In this document: positions 25,591 to 34,244 of the stretch, piece by piece
Layout: every line of letters starts with the position of its first letter
Position numbering within the stretch: the stretch's first letter is position 1
DNA from: Candidatus Berkelbacteria bacterium
GTDB taxonomy: Bacteria; Patescibacteriota; UBA1384; XYA2-FULL-43-10; CAINNR01
Length of the DNA: 51,477 nucleotides
Direction of reading: 5' to 3'
Assembly (NCBI GenBank): GCA_026397205.1
Contig: JAPLVH010000014.1
Coordinates: forward strand, 1-51,477
Made by a program: the position numbers and the translations under genes
Notes under the pieces: model-generated
Database searches by the model: none
What the model saw: the letters and a program-made list of their open reading frames with translations, nothing else
Told to the model about the DNA's origin: nothing

Positions 25591-25634
25591 ATTTTCTCTA
25601 ATATACTGGCGATCGCCAGTATATTAGAGAAAAT
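25591..25634. repeat. perfect 44-bp palindrome ATTTTCTCTAATATACTGGCGA|TCGCCAGTATATTAGAGAAAAT
   Basis: Verified base by base. It lies in the convergent spacer between rpsT and lepB. Confidence 0.9.
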
Positions 25635-25700
25635 TGAGATCAGGTATTCAAATCTAGGTCTTAGATTTGTTTAGAATTTAGGGCTTGGGATTTCGAGCTT

Positions 25701-26291
25701 TCAGTTGATATAGCTCGGTGTTGTTATCGAGAAAAATTTCGGAATAATCACCCAATCGGTTCGGCCGACAATGAAACGTTTTTCCACCGGCCCAAAATAG
25801 CGCGAGTCGTTGGAGTTCGGCCGATTGTCGCCCATGGTGAAATAATCACTGGCGCCAAGTTGCCAGTCGTCGTCTTTGTCAGTGTAAAGTCCGGAAGGCA
25901 GATAATTTTCGGTCAATTTTTTTCCGTTGATGTAAACTTGACCGCCGAAAACCTTAACATCCTCGCCCGGCAAACCGATCACCCGTTTGACATAGCGTTT
26001 GTTTGTCGGATCGCCGGGATAGTTGATAACGACAACATCGCCGCGATTCGGATTTGAAATTGTATAAGTAATTTTGTTTAAGATGGCAATTTGGCCGGTT
26101 GCCATTGTCGGGTCCATCGAAGCGCCATCAACAACAAAAATCGAGATGATGAAATAATTTATAATCGCTAAAATAATCGCCAAAATAATTAACCACTTGG
26201 CAAAATCAAAAACAAAACCGCCGCCGTAGATTACCTTGCTCACAAACCTTCGTTGATTCATAAAGTTTTTTCGTCTAAGTTTCTTAAGCAT
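25701..26291 (-). CDS. lepB: signal peptidase I
   Basis: DGASMDPT (Ser box), KRVIGLPGE (Lys box) and GDNRPNSNDSRYFG. The start may be the ATG at 26261. Confidence 0.9.
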   Translation of the reverse strand: MLKKLRRKNFMNQRRFVSKVIYGGGFVFDFAKWLIILAIILAIINYFIISIFVVDGASMDPTMATGQIAILNKITYTISNPNRGDVVVINYPGDPTNKRYVKRVIGLPGEDVKVFGGQVYINGKKLTENYLPSGLYTDKDDDWQLGASDYFTMGDNRPNSNDSRYFGPVEKRFIVGRTDWVIIPKFFSITTPSYIN

Positions 26292-26312
26292 CTTAAGTCA
26301 CTTAAAAAACTT

Positions 26313-27797
26313 TTACTTGTATTCCGGTTCCGTTATGTTCGCCAAATTCTGGCTAACATAGCTGACGATCGGATAAAGCGCGAGACAAAAATCGTTAAGG
26401 CCCAATCCTTCGCGCTCGGTTAGAAACCAATCCGGAATTATAAATTCTTGATCGACAAATCGCCTTGCCCACAAAGCTTCAACTTGAAAAATAATCGCGT
26501 AAGGTAGATATTCAACGAATTTGGAGAAATTTTTCTGGTCGTATGACAAAGGTCGCGGATCGGAGAGATATTTTCGAAATGCCAACCAGTTGGTCATCGC
26601 TTGCCGCCCGAGCGCCGTCCGAATCGGCATCGCGCCACCGACAAAAATAATAATCAGGGAAACCGCCATCATTCCAACCCAGAAAAAAGCGGCATATGGG
26701 ACACTGGAAAAGTAACTCAAGGTGACAAAGAAGCAAGCGATGGCAAAAACAAAAAACAGTATACCGATAAATCGGTAGCGATTATGCATCTTTGACGGAT
26801 TTTCTTTGAAGTAACCAAGTCGGGTCGAAAGAGCGTAAATTTCTCGTGAGAAAAGTGACATCTTCCGACTGTAAAGGTGGTTGGCAAAACGCTCGCTGAC
26901 TTCTGTTTCGTTTGACGACAGATTTTGGCGGAAGATTTTCGATAGCAGAATTTTTTCAAAACCGATTAATTGTCCGGAAAAATCTCGCTTGCCAAAAGAA
27001 AAACCCCGGTCGCGATCAATAATGTAAATAAATTTTCTAAGCGAGAGGTCAATTAAAGTTGCGGCGATTTCCCGGGCGCCGATGTCCTGTTTCAGAAGAA
27101 CGCCGACCGCCGCTGGTGGCAATGCCGCCGGTGGTGCCGAAATTGCCCGATCGGGTAGGACAATTTTTTGCGACTTTCGGCGCAAGGAAATCAGTAAAAA
27201 AAGATATGCAAGCGCGATAAACGGAATCGCAATCGCCAAAATCAGCCAAACGCTTTTGCCAAAAGTTGAAATCAGATAGATCGTTTCGTCGTAAAACGAA
27301 AGTTGTATCACTCCTTTCGGCAATTGGGCGACAATTGTTACCGTTGACGCCGGGCTGACAGAGTCGGCATCGTAAGCAATCGTTGAATCATCAACAACGA
27401 ACGAATCGGCCGCACCGGTGCCGTGAATCGCCAAAATTTCTGACTTTGTCGTCTGCGCCGCTGCCACCGGCAATTTAAGATTGACTCGCAAGCTGTCGAG
27501 ATAGAAACCGTTTTGGTCGTAAACCACCATCCGAAGTTCGTCGAAATTTCTCTGCGGTGAAATCTTGGTTGATATCTTTTGACCGTCTTTGGTCACACTG
27601 CCATCTTTATTTATGACCAAATTAATCTCCGAGACATTCAAAATTCCGGCCGCCGTTTGATCGGAGGAAACATCGGCCATGTAGCGCGAACCGGAGAAAA
27701 CTTTCCAGCCGACAAAACCAAAGACAAAAAGAAAAGCGAAAAAAGCCAGCTTTCGCCAAGCAATCTCAATTGTCGGTTGTCGTTTTTCCCCTCGCAT
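26313..27797 (-). CDS. DUF2207-like membrane protein
   Basis: N-terminal TM helix, an extracytoplasmic domain and a C-terminal multi-TM region. The family assignment is from architecture only. Confidence 0.5.
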   Translation of the reverse strand: MRGEKRQPTIEIAWRKLAFFAFLFVFGFVGWKVFSGSRYMADVSSDQTAAGILNVSEINLVINKDGSVTKDGQKISTKISPQRNFDELRMVVYDQNGFYLDSLRVNLKLPVAAAQTTKSEILAIHGTGAADSFVVDDSTIAYDADSVSPASTVTIVAQLPKGVIQLSFYDETIYLISTFGKSVWLILAIAIPFIALAYLFLLISLRRKSQKIVLPDRAISAPPAALPPAAVGVLLKQDIGAREIAATLIDLSLRKFIYIIDRDRGFSFGKRDFSGQLIGFEKILLSKIFRQNLSSNETEVSERFANHLYSRKMSLFSREIYALSTRLGYFKENPSKMHNRYRFIGILFFVFAIACFFVTLSYFSSVPYAAFFWVGMMAVSLIIIFVGGAMPIRTALGRQAMTNWLAFRKYLSDPRPLSYDQKNFSKFVEYLPYAIIFQVEALWARRFVDQEFIIPDWFLTEREGLGLNDFCLALYPIVSYVSQNLANITEPEYK

Positions 27798-27847
27798 TTT
27801 GCAATTTTTAAGTCACTTAAGTTTCTTAAGATACTTATTTAAGTTTA

Positions 27848-28801
27848 TCACAAAGTCAACTCTGCCAGCAAATGCTCCAGCGCCAATTTCGGTTCAACGT
27901 GGCCGGTTTTAATATCAATGTCAACTTGGCTCAAGCGATAGTAAATTCGTTTCAATGTTGGTAAGTCGAAATTTTCCAGAATTTTCAGCGTTTTGCCGGC
28001 AACAAACGGATGAAGGTTCGCCTCGCCGGCGATATTTTGACGCTTGACGCCACGAACGATTAAATCCTCAATAATCAGCATATTGCGAAATTGAAAAATT
28101 ATCATCGTTAGGATATAATTTTCGTTCTTGCCGTCGGCGATAAGCTTTTGGAAATTTCTGACCGCGAGGCGCGAATTTCCAACGCCAAGGGCGTCAATAA
28201 AATCGAAAACATTCGAAGTATTTTCGCCGGCGACCATTTGCTCGATGTCTGATTCGCCGATTTGATCTTTGCCGGCCGCCAACCGAAAAAGATCAAGCTT
28301 TTCCAGCTCGTTCAGAAGCCGCGACGAATTGTTGCCGGCAGTGGCGATCAGTTTTTTTGCTGCCGAAGTTGACAGAGGAATTTTCTTTGATTTTGCGCTT
28401 TCTACCAGCCACTTTTCGAGCTCAAATCCCTGTCTCAAAGAAAAATTTACTGCTGATTTTGATTTCTGAAGTTTTTTAAAAAGCCCGAGATTTTTGTTAA
28501 AGTCACCATTTTCGGCCAAAATTATTTCCACCGACTTCGGCAACTTCTCCAAATTCTCGGCAAAATATTCCCGAAGTTTTTGATCACCGGATGAGAGGAA
28601 ATTTTTGATGATGATCAAACGTTTGTCGGCCAAAAACGGCATTGCCGACGCCGACCGCAAGAAATTTTCGTAGGACAGATTTTCACCATCAAATTTGCTG
28701 ATGTTCAAATCACCAAAATTCTCCAAAGCAAATTGACTTTCGATTTTCTTCAACTCCTGATTTAGCGAATATTGATCCTCGCCATAAAAAAGCGCTAGCA
28801 T
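27848..28801 (-). CDS. holA: DNA polymerase III delta subunit
   Basis: The likely start is MLALFYGEDQYSL at 28801. The listed longer ORF runs into the divergent promoter region. Confidence 0.75.
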   Translation of the reverse strand: MLALFYGEDQYSLNQELKKIESQFALENFGDLNISKFDGENLSYENFLRSASAMPFLADKRLIIIKNFLSSGDQKLREYFAENLEKLPKSVEIILAENGDFNKNLGLFKKLQKSKSAVNFSLRQGFELEKWLVESAKSKKIPLSTSAAKKLIATAGNNSSRLLNELEKLDLFRLAAGKDQIGESDIEQMVAGENTSNVFDFIDALGVGNSRLAVRNFQKLIADGKNENYILTMIIFQFRNMLIIEDLIVRGVKRQNIAGEANLHPFVAGKTLKILENFDLPTLKRIYYRLSQVDIDIKTGHVEPKLALEHLLAELTL

Positions 28802-28863
28802 ATTGTGTTTTTTATCGGTTTCTGGTAAATTATTGTTATTGCGATTCACTTGGAGGTGACAGG

Positions 28864-29187
28864 ATGTTGTCTGCGGAAAACGATCTGCTCGCGGCGGCAA
28901 TCGCTGTCGCCGAAGTCATCAGAGAAAGATTTGGAATTGTTTTGGATCCTGACTATATGCCAGACCCATTCAATTCAGCCAAACTTCGTCACGCAAGAAA
29001 CAAGTGGTTTGATATCGAACGATTAAAAACAGATGCCAGAACTTATCTGCTTCTGAAAGGAAATCCTAACTGGTATGATGTTTTCGATTGTTTGGAATGT
29101 TATACTTCACAAACTGTATCACTCTTGCCGAATGGCAGAATTTCCTGCCCGCCATCAATGTTTGACGATGCCTGCCTATGTTTTTAA
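28864..29187 (+). CDS. hypothetical protein, orphan cassette
   Basis: GGAGGTGACAGG precedes the ATG. Terminator CCGACC-CGCTCC-GGTCGGG + T6. Confidence 0.55.
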   Translation: MLSAENDLLAAAIAVAEVIRERFGIVLDPDYMPDPFNSAKLRHARNKWFDIERLKTDARTYLLLKGNPNWYDVFDCLECYTSQTVSLLPNGRISCPPSMFDDACLCF

Positions 29188-29306
29188 TTTCCACCCCGAC
29201 CCGCTCCGGTCGGGCTTTTTTATTCAAGAATGGACGACGAACAAAACTAACGACTAAAAACGGATAAAATTCCCCTTCCACAACTTTTCACTTTTAACTT
29301 TTAACT

Positions 29307-30605
29307 TTAAACTTTCTTTGTTTCGTCCCAATTGTCACCGATTCCAACTTCAACTTCTGTTGGCACCGAAAGTTTGACGACATTTTCCATCGTCTCTTTC
29401 ATAATTTTTGCGACACTCTCCGCATCTTTTACCGGCGCTTCGACAATAACCTCATCATGAACAGTCAAAATAATTTTTACTCCACCATTTTGACTTTTGA
29501 TTTTTGATTTTTGATTTAAAACTTGCATTTGATCCGCCAGGCGGATCAAGGCAAGTTTCAGTATCTCCGCCGCTGTTCCCTGCACCGGCGTGTTTATCGC
29601 CATTCTCTGTGCCGATTCCGATTTTATTCGGTCGGCCGAATTTATCTCCGGCAGTTTCCGCTGAAATCCAAACAGCGTTTCGACATAACCTAATTTTTTG
29701 GCTTGTGTAATCTGCTCCTCGCAATATTTTTTAATGCCGCCGTGAACGGCAAAATAGCGGAAAATATATTCCGCCGCCGATTCGCGGGCGATGCCCAAAG
29801 TTTGCGACAAACCGTATGGGCTGATGCCGTAAATGACTCCAAAGTTGACGGTTTTCGCCAGTCGCCGCTGATCGTTGGTGATTTTTTCAATCGGCACGCG
29901 AAATAATTCTGATGCTGTTCGCGAATGAATGTCAACGCCAGAGCTGAATGCTTCAACCATCGCCTTGTCGCCAGACAAACAAGCAACGACTCGGAGTTCG
30001 ATTTGCGAATAATCGGCCGAAATTAATTTACAATTTTTTTCGGCAATAAAAGCTCGGCGAATTTCCGGTCCGAAATCGCCTTTGATTGGGATATTTTGCA
30101 AATTCGGATTTGCCGATGTCAGCCGGCCGGTTCGGGTGTCGGTACCGAAATGGGTGTGAAGCCGAAAATTTTCGTCAACGATTTTCGGTAGCGGCTCTAA
30201 ATATGTTGACACTAATTTTGAAAGTTCGCGATATTCCAAAATTTTGCCGATGATCGGATTTCCGCCACGGAGTTTTTCCAGCTCCGACGCGCCAGTGGAA
30301 AATCCCGACTTTGTTCGCTTGAGTTCGCCGGTTGGCAATTTCATTTTGGTGAATAATATTTTCGCCAATTGCGTCGGCGACGCGACATTGAATTCCTCAC
30401 CAGCATTTTTCTGAATTTCCTTCCTTAACTTTTCACTTTTAACTTTTAACTTTTCACTAAGTCGCTTAAGCGACTTGACATCAACTTTTATTCCGACATC
30501 CTCGATCAACCTTAAAACCGGCGCCAATTTCTTGTCAATTTCCTCCGATTTAATTCTCGGAATTTTACAACCCAATTTTTCCGCCCGCGCTAAAATATTT
30601 TTCAT
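29307..30605 (-). CDS. polA: DNA polymerase I, polymerase domain only (no 3'-5' exonuclease domain)
   Basis: 432 aa with the family A motifs SADYSQIELRV, RRLAKTVNFGVIYG and VHDEVIVE. Confidence 0.9.
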   Translation of the reverse strand: MKNILARAEKLGCKIPRIKSEEIDKKLAPVLRLIEDVGIKVDVKSLKRLSEKLKVKSEKLRKEIQKNAGEEFNVASPTQLAKILFTKMKLPTGELKRTKSGFSTGASELEKLRGGNPIIGKILEYRELSKLVSTYLEPLPKIVDENFRLHTHFGTDTRTGRLTSANPNLQNIPIKGDFGPEIRRAFIAEKNCKLISADYSQIELRVVACLSGDKAMVEAFSSGVDIHSRTASELFRVPIEKITNDQRRLAKTVNFGVIYGISPYGLSQTLGIARESAAEYIFRYFAVHGGIKKYCEEQITQAKKLGYVETLFGFQRKLPEINSADRIKSESAQRMAINTPVQGTAAEILKLALIRLADQMQVLNQKSKIKSQNGGVKIILTVHDEVIVEAPVKDAESVAKIMKETMENVVKLSVPTEVEVGIGDNWDETKKV

Positions 30606-30639
30606 AATTATTCTAAACGGCTTAAGTTTCTTAAGATAT

Positions 30640-31686
30640 TTATAAAAGTTTTAGTTGTTCGTCTTTCTTTGGAATTTCTGATTTTGAATTTGTTTGTGAT
30701 TTGCCCACAGGGTCACTTCGTAGATTTCTTGTGATTTGCGATTTTTCGCCCTCAAATCTCCGGAGGAGCGATTGAAATCCCAACTCCTCAAAAAGTTCCG
30801 TCAGTTTGATTTTATCATACTCGCCGAAACGACATTTTTCCAGATCAAAATCAATCGGCACATCACGATAAATCGTCGCCAACTTCTGCGACATAAAAGC
30901 CTGATCACGATTCTCAATCAATAAATTTAATATTCTCGGTTTTATTTCTTTTTGATTTTCATCTTTGTCATTTTGATCTTTAATATTTGATTTTTGATCT
31001 ATATACGCATATAACTTTTCAAGCGAATCAAACTTCTGAATTAAATCTGTCGCCGTTTTACTGCCGATTCCCGGAACACCGGGAATATTGTCCGAAGCAT
31101 CGCCGGCCAGCGCTTTTAGATCAATAAAATCAGCCGGATCCAGATTATACTCTCGTTTGATTGTGTCGTGATCAACAATTTGGAGTTGACTCAAACCCTT
31201 GCGCAAACTATAAACTTTAACATTGCCATTTATCAGCTGATAAATATCCTTATCCCCGCTTACTATATATATGTCAATTCCGCTATTTTTCACTTTTAAT
31301 TTTTCACTTTTAATTTTCTCGGCAATTGTGCCGAGAATATCATCGGCCTCAAAAGTTTCCTTTTCGTAAATCGGAATTCCCATCGTCTCAACGATTTGTT
31401 TGACTCGGGGAATTTGATCGTAAAGTTCCTGATCGGCCTTAACTCGCGTCGCTTTGTAATCGGCGAACTCTTTGTGGCGAAAAGTCGGCCCGGCCAAATC
31501 GAACGAGCAAGCGATAAATTCCGGCTTCAAATCCTCCAAAACTTTAATCAGCGTGGTTGTAAAACCGTAAGTCGCGTTCGTCGGCTCGCCAGCACGCGTC
31601 GTCATCGTTTTCGGCAAAGCGTGATACGCCCGATGAATTATCGCATTACCATCAATCAAGACCAGTTTTTGATTTTCCTCTGTCAT
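30640..31686 (-). CDS. 5'-3' exonuclease (Pol I N-terminal FEN-like domain) as a separate gene
   Basis: LIDGNAIIHRAYHAL, SGDKDIYQL and an H3TH region (GDASDNIPGVPGIGSKTA). The C-terminal tail is repeat-derived (RSDPVGKSQTNSKSEIPKK). Confidence 0.9.
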   Translation of the reverse strand: MTEENQKLVLIDGNAIIHRAYHALPKTMTTRAGEPTNATYGFTTTLIKVLEDLKPEFIACSFDLAGPTFRHKEFADYKATRVKADQELYDQIPRVKQIVETMGIPIYEKETFEADDILGTIAEKIKSEKLKVKNSGIDIYIVSGDKDIYQLINGNVKVYSLRKGLSQLQIVDHDTIKREYNLDPADFIDLKALAGDASDNIPGVPGIGSKTATDLIQKFDSLEKLYAYIDQKSNIKDQNDKDENQKEIKPRILNLLIENRDQAFMSQKLATIYRDVPIDFDLEKCRFGEYDKIKLTELFEELGFQSLLRRFEGEKSQITRNLRSDPVGKSQTNSKSEIPKKDEQLKLL

Positions 31687-31689
31687 ATT

Positions 31690-32406
31690 CTAACCTTTCG
31701 GATAAGATTTTATTGCTTGCTCCTTGGCTTTCAGGAGAATTTTTTCTTCGCCGGGCAAAAGTGTAAAATTACTTTTTGCCGGCAGAATTTCGCCATTATT
31801 TTCGCTGATAATTTTTAACGCTTCGATTTGGGTTTTCCATTCCAGTGGTAAAACTCGCGCTTGTAAACTTTTGACCATGTCATTTTCCCGAACTTCAGTC
31901 AACATCGTGGCAATGATTTCGCCGGCATCATATTTCTCGGCGACAATTTGCGCTGTCGCCTCAGTTTTTACAGGGCGACCAACCAGATAGCGAAAGTTGA
32001 TAATTGCTGCATGTGGTGTTCGGCCATACATTCCTCGACCGCCAAAAAATGGTACCGGTGCCGGATGTTGATTTATGCCATGAAATTTTTTGATTACCTC
32101 CACCGGCATCAGCGGCAACCAGCCATATTGGCCAAACCAATCAATTTTTTCCTTTTGAAAAATCGAGATTAATTCATCGGCGAATTTTTCCTTGCCAACA
32201 ATTTTCGGATTGCAAATATAAATCTCACCGGCAAAACCGGCATTTTTTAGGCGGTTGATTGCGCCGGCATCGGCACTTGAGATAACCAAACAAACCGGCT
32301 CGACGAGTCCAAAAAGTTCGCCACATTTTTGACAAGCACGAAAAATCTGTTCGCAGGTTGTTCCACTTCCCGACGCCAACAGCGCCAACCGAATTGGTTT
32401 TTCCAT
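31690..32406 (-). CDS. formyltransferase-family protein (PurN-like fold)
   Basis: LASGSGTT at the N-terminus and INQHPAPVPFFGG, which resembles the N.HPSLLP motif. Specificity is unknown. Confidence 0.45.
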   Translation of the reverse strand: MEKPIRLALLASGSGTTCEQIFRACQKCGELFGLVEPVCLVISSADAGAINRLKNAGFAGEIYICNPKIVGKEKFADELISIFQKEKIDWFGQYGWLPLMPVEVIKKFHGINQHPAPVPFFGGRGMYGRTPHAAIINFRYLVGRPVKTEATAQIVAEKYDAGEIIATMLTEVRENDMVKSLQARVLPLEWKTQIEALKIISENNGEILPAKSNFTLLPGEEKILLKAKEQAIKSYPKG

Positions 32407-32485
32407 TTTTATTATCTATTATTTTTTCTTTATTATTTATTCTGATTCTACCACTTTTCGCCTGACTTAAAAAGAAAAAACCGCC

Positions 32486-33136
32486 CTAGATTTCTAGAGC
32501 GGAGAGACCTAATCCTAAACGGTCATTAACGATTTGAATAATTTCGTTGTGAACAATTTGCGGAATCGGTTCGGCATCAATAACTTCACAAAAATCAAGA
32601 TGCCGATTTGCATATTCTAAATATCCTTCATGTACCAAACTGTGGAATGACAGTGGTTGCAGTTCAATTCGATCTAACTCATCACCGGTCTTTCTTTGAA
32701 AACCAACTTCCGGTGGAAGAGACAAAACAATCAACAGATCTGGATTGCAATCTTTATTAGCTAACAAAGTTAAGTCCTCAATCAACTTGATATCGCCGCC
32801 ACCGGCAACACCTTGATAAGCATGAGTCGATGAAGCATACCGATCGCAAAGAACATCTTTATTATTTTCCAAACTCGGAATTACAACTTGAGCAAAATGT
32901 AATGCTCGATCGGCAGAAAAAAGCAAAATTTCCTGCTCTGGTGTCAATTTATACCCTCCATGAAGAATTTCATGTCGGAGAAGCTTGCCGGTTTCCGTTC
33001 CACCCGGCTCCAAAGTTTCAACGACTTCACGACCAGCATTTCGGAATGCGTGCGCCAAATATTTTAGCTGTGAAGATTTTCCGGCGCCATCAACACCATC
33101 AATTACAACAAAGAAACCTGTTCTGGACTTCGCCAT
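32486..33136 (-). CDS. tmk: thymidylate kinase
   Basis: IDGVDGAGKSSQ P-loop, EPGGT and DRY motifs. The start MAKSRTG follows GGGAGG. Confidence 0.88.
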   Translation of the reverse strand: MAKSRTGFFVVIDGVDGAGKSSQLKYLAHAFRNAGREVVETLEPGGTETGKLLRHEILHGGYKLTPEQEILLFSADRALHFAQVVIPSLENNKDVLCDRYASSTHAYQGVAGGGDIKLIEDLTLLANKDCNPDLLIVLSLPPEVGFQRKTGDELDRIELQPLSFHSLVHEGYLEYANRHLDFCEVIDAEPIPQIVHNEIIQIVNDRLGLGLSALEI

Positions 33137-33137
33137 T

Positions 33138-34007
33138 TTACCGACCTCCCTTGGCTTCTTTTGCCAATTTTGCATCGATATTTACCACAGCTTCAGCCAT
33201 CAGTTCGGCAACAAACGGATCGTCAGTTCTGAAAGTTCTCTGATCGAATGTCCGTCTTCCATTTTCTACATCTTCCCAGAAACCCTCGAAGAAATCCTTG
33301 AAATAGCTACCGTAAATATGGAAAGAATTTGCTGTGTGGGTATAATGACCGACACTAATTTTTCGACCAATCTTTGCGCTAATTCTTTCAGCAACAATCC
33401 GCTGCAAATCAGTAAAAGCGTACATATTCATCAGACCGGCTTTGAAGGCATCGTTGCTACGAATTCTGCAATCCATAATCAGTTGATCGTCAAAAATTCT
33501 GAACCAGAAACTCTGCAAACATGGTGGGTCTTTAATTCCGAAATCAGCCCAAGGTTTCCATGTTATTGCTTGCGCTTGTCGCGAATACGGTTGAGCAACC
33601 AAGGCATCAACAACTTGAGAAATCTGATCGATTGGATTTTCAATTCCGGGAACTTGAAAATATTCCAGCCGCTCATGATATGTGTATTCCCACTTGCCTT
33701 CTTCCGGCGCAATCCAATGGTCATGGACACCATCGACGACTTCACGGCGATAGATTTCCAAATCTTCAAATCCACCAGGCCATGCGCGGTGAAGACGGGG
33801 CTCGGCAAATGGATCAAGAATTGTCAGACACAAACCAATGTCACGTGATTTCGGATCACCGGGCTTATCATATTGGGTTGCAATTTCCGCGCCATATTTC
33901 CAGCAAGCTACAACTGATTCTTCCCAACCGCGAGCAAGACAATCACTGACCACTTGAACCGTTGGTCTAACCATCATTTTCAAAACTTCCGGCGGGGTAA
34001 TAATCAT
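33138..34007 (-). CDS. thyA: thymidylate synthase ThyA superfamily, divergent (archaeal-like) type
   Basis: PPCLQSFWFRI (catalytic Cys), RSNDAFKAGLMNMYAF (RS.D plus Asn) and ANSFHIYG align to the ThyA core motifs. Confidence 0.7.
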   Translation of the reverse strand: MIITPPEVLKMMVRPTVQVVSDCLARGWEESVVACWKYGAEIATQYDKPGDPKSRDIGLCLTILDPFAEPRLHRAWPGGFEDLEIYRREVVDGVHDHWIAPEEGKWEYTYHERLEYFQVPGIENPIDQISQVVDALVAQPYSRQAQAITWKPWADFGIKDPPCLQSFWFRIFDDQLIMDCRIRSNDAFKAGLMNMYAFTDLQRIVAERISAKIGRKISVGHYTHTANSFHIYGSYFKDFFEGFWEDVENGRRTFDQRTFRTDDPFVAELMAEAVVNIDAKLAKEAKGGR

Positions 34008-34099
34008 TTTATCGACCTCCTGTTGTCAAAGTGCTTCCTCCAAAACCGGAGGGATTGTTGCCAAACGGCAACAAAAAGGGCTCGTTGCCCTCACTAAAA
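34008..34099 (-). promoter_or_regulatory. structured ~86-nt leader of the thyA-tmk-...-polA gene string (three tandem hairpins, the first followed by U5)
   Basis: Minus strand: GGGC-AACGA-GCCC+TTTTT, GTTGCC-GTTT-GGCAAC and CCTCC-GGTTTT-GGAGG. An alternative pairing GAGGG/CCCTC is possible. Confidence 0.4.
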
Positions 34100-34127
34100 A
34101 TCTTAGCAGATGAAAAATTTTTGTCAA
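34100..34127 (-). promoter_or_regulatory. sigma70-like promoter TTGACA-16-TAAGAT
   Basis: Read on the reverse complement. Confidence 0.55.
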
Positions 34128-34186
34128 ATTTTGCTTTACTTTCACGCTAATTTGAGATAACATCAAAGGAGATTTGTGGATTTTAT

Positions 34187-34223
34187 TATCCGTGTTTATC
34201 CGCGTGGCAAATCCGTGTTCGAA
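34187..34223. repeat. second ATCCGTG cluster
   Basis: ttatccgtgtttatccgcgtggcaaatccgtgttcgaa. Confidence 0.7.
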
Positions 34224-34244
34224 TATCAATTTAAGATTTTTATT

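Noticed and set aside
32985-33848. 287-aa plus-strand ORF spanning tmk and thyA.
   Set aside because: It is antisense to two genes with clear family motifs on the minus strand, and it has no translation signals.
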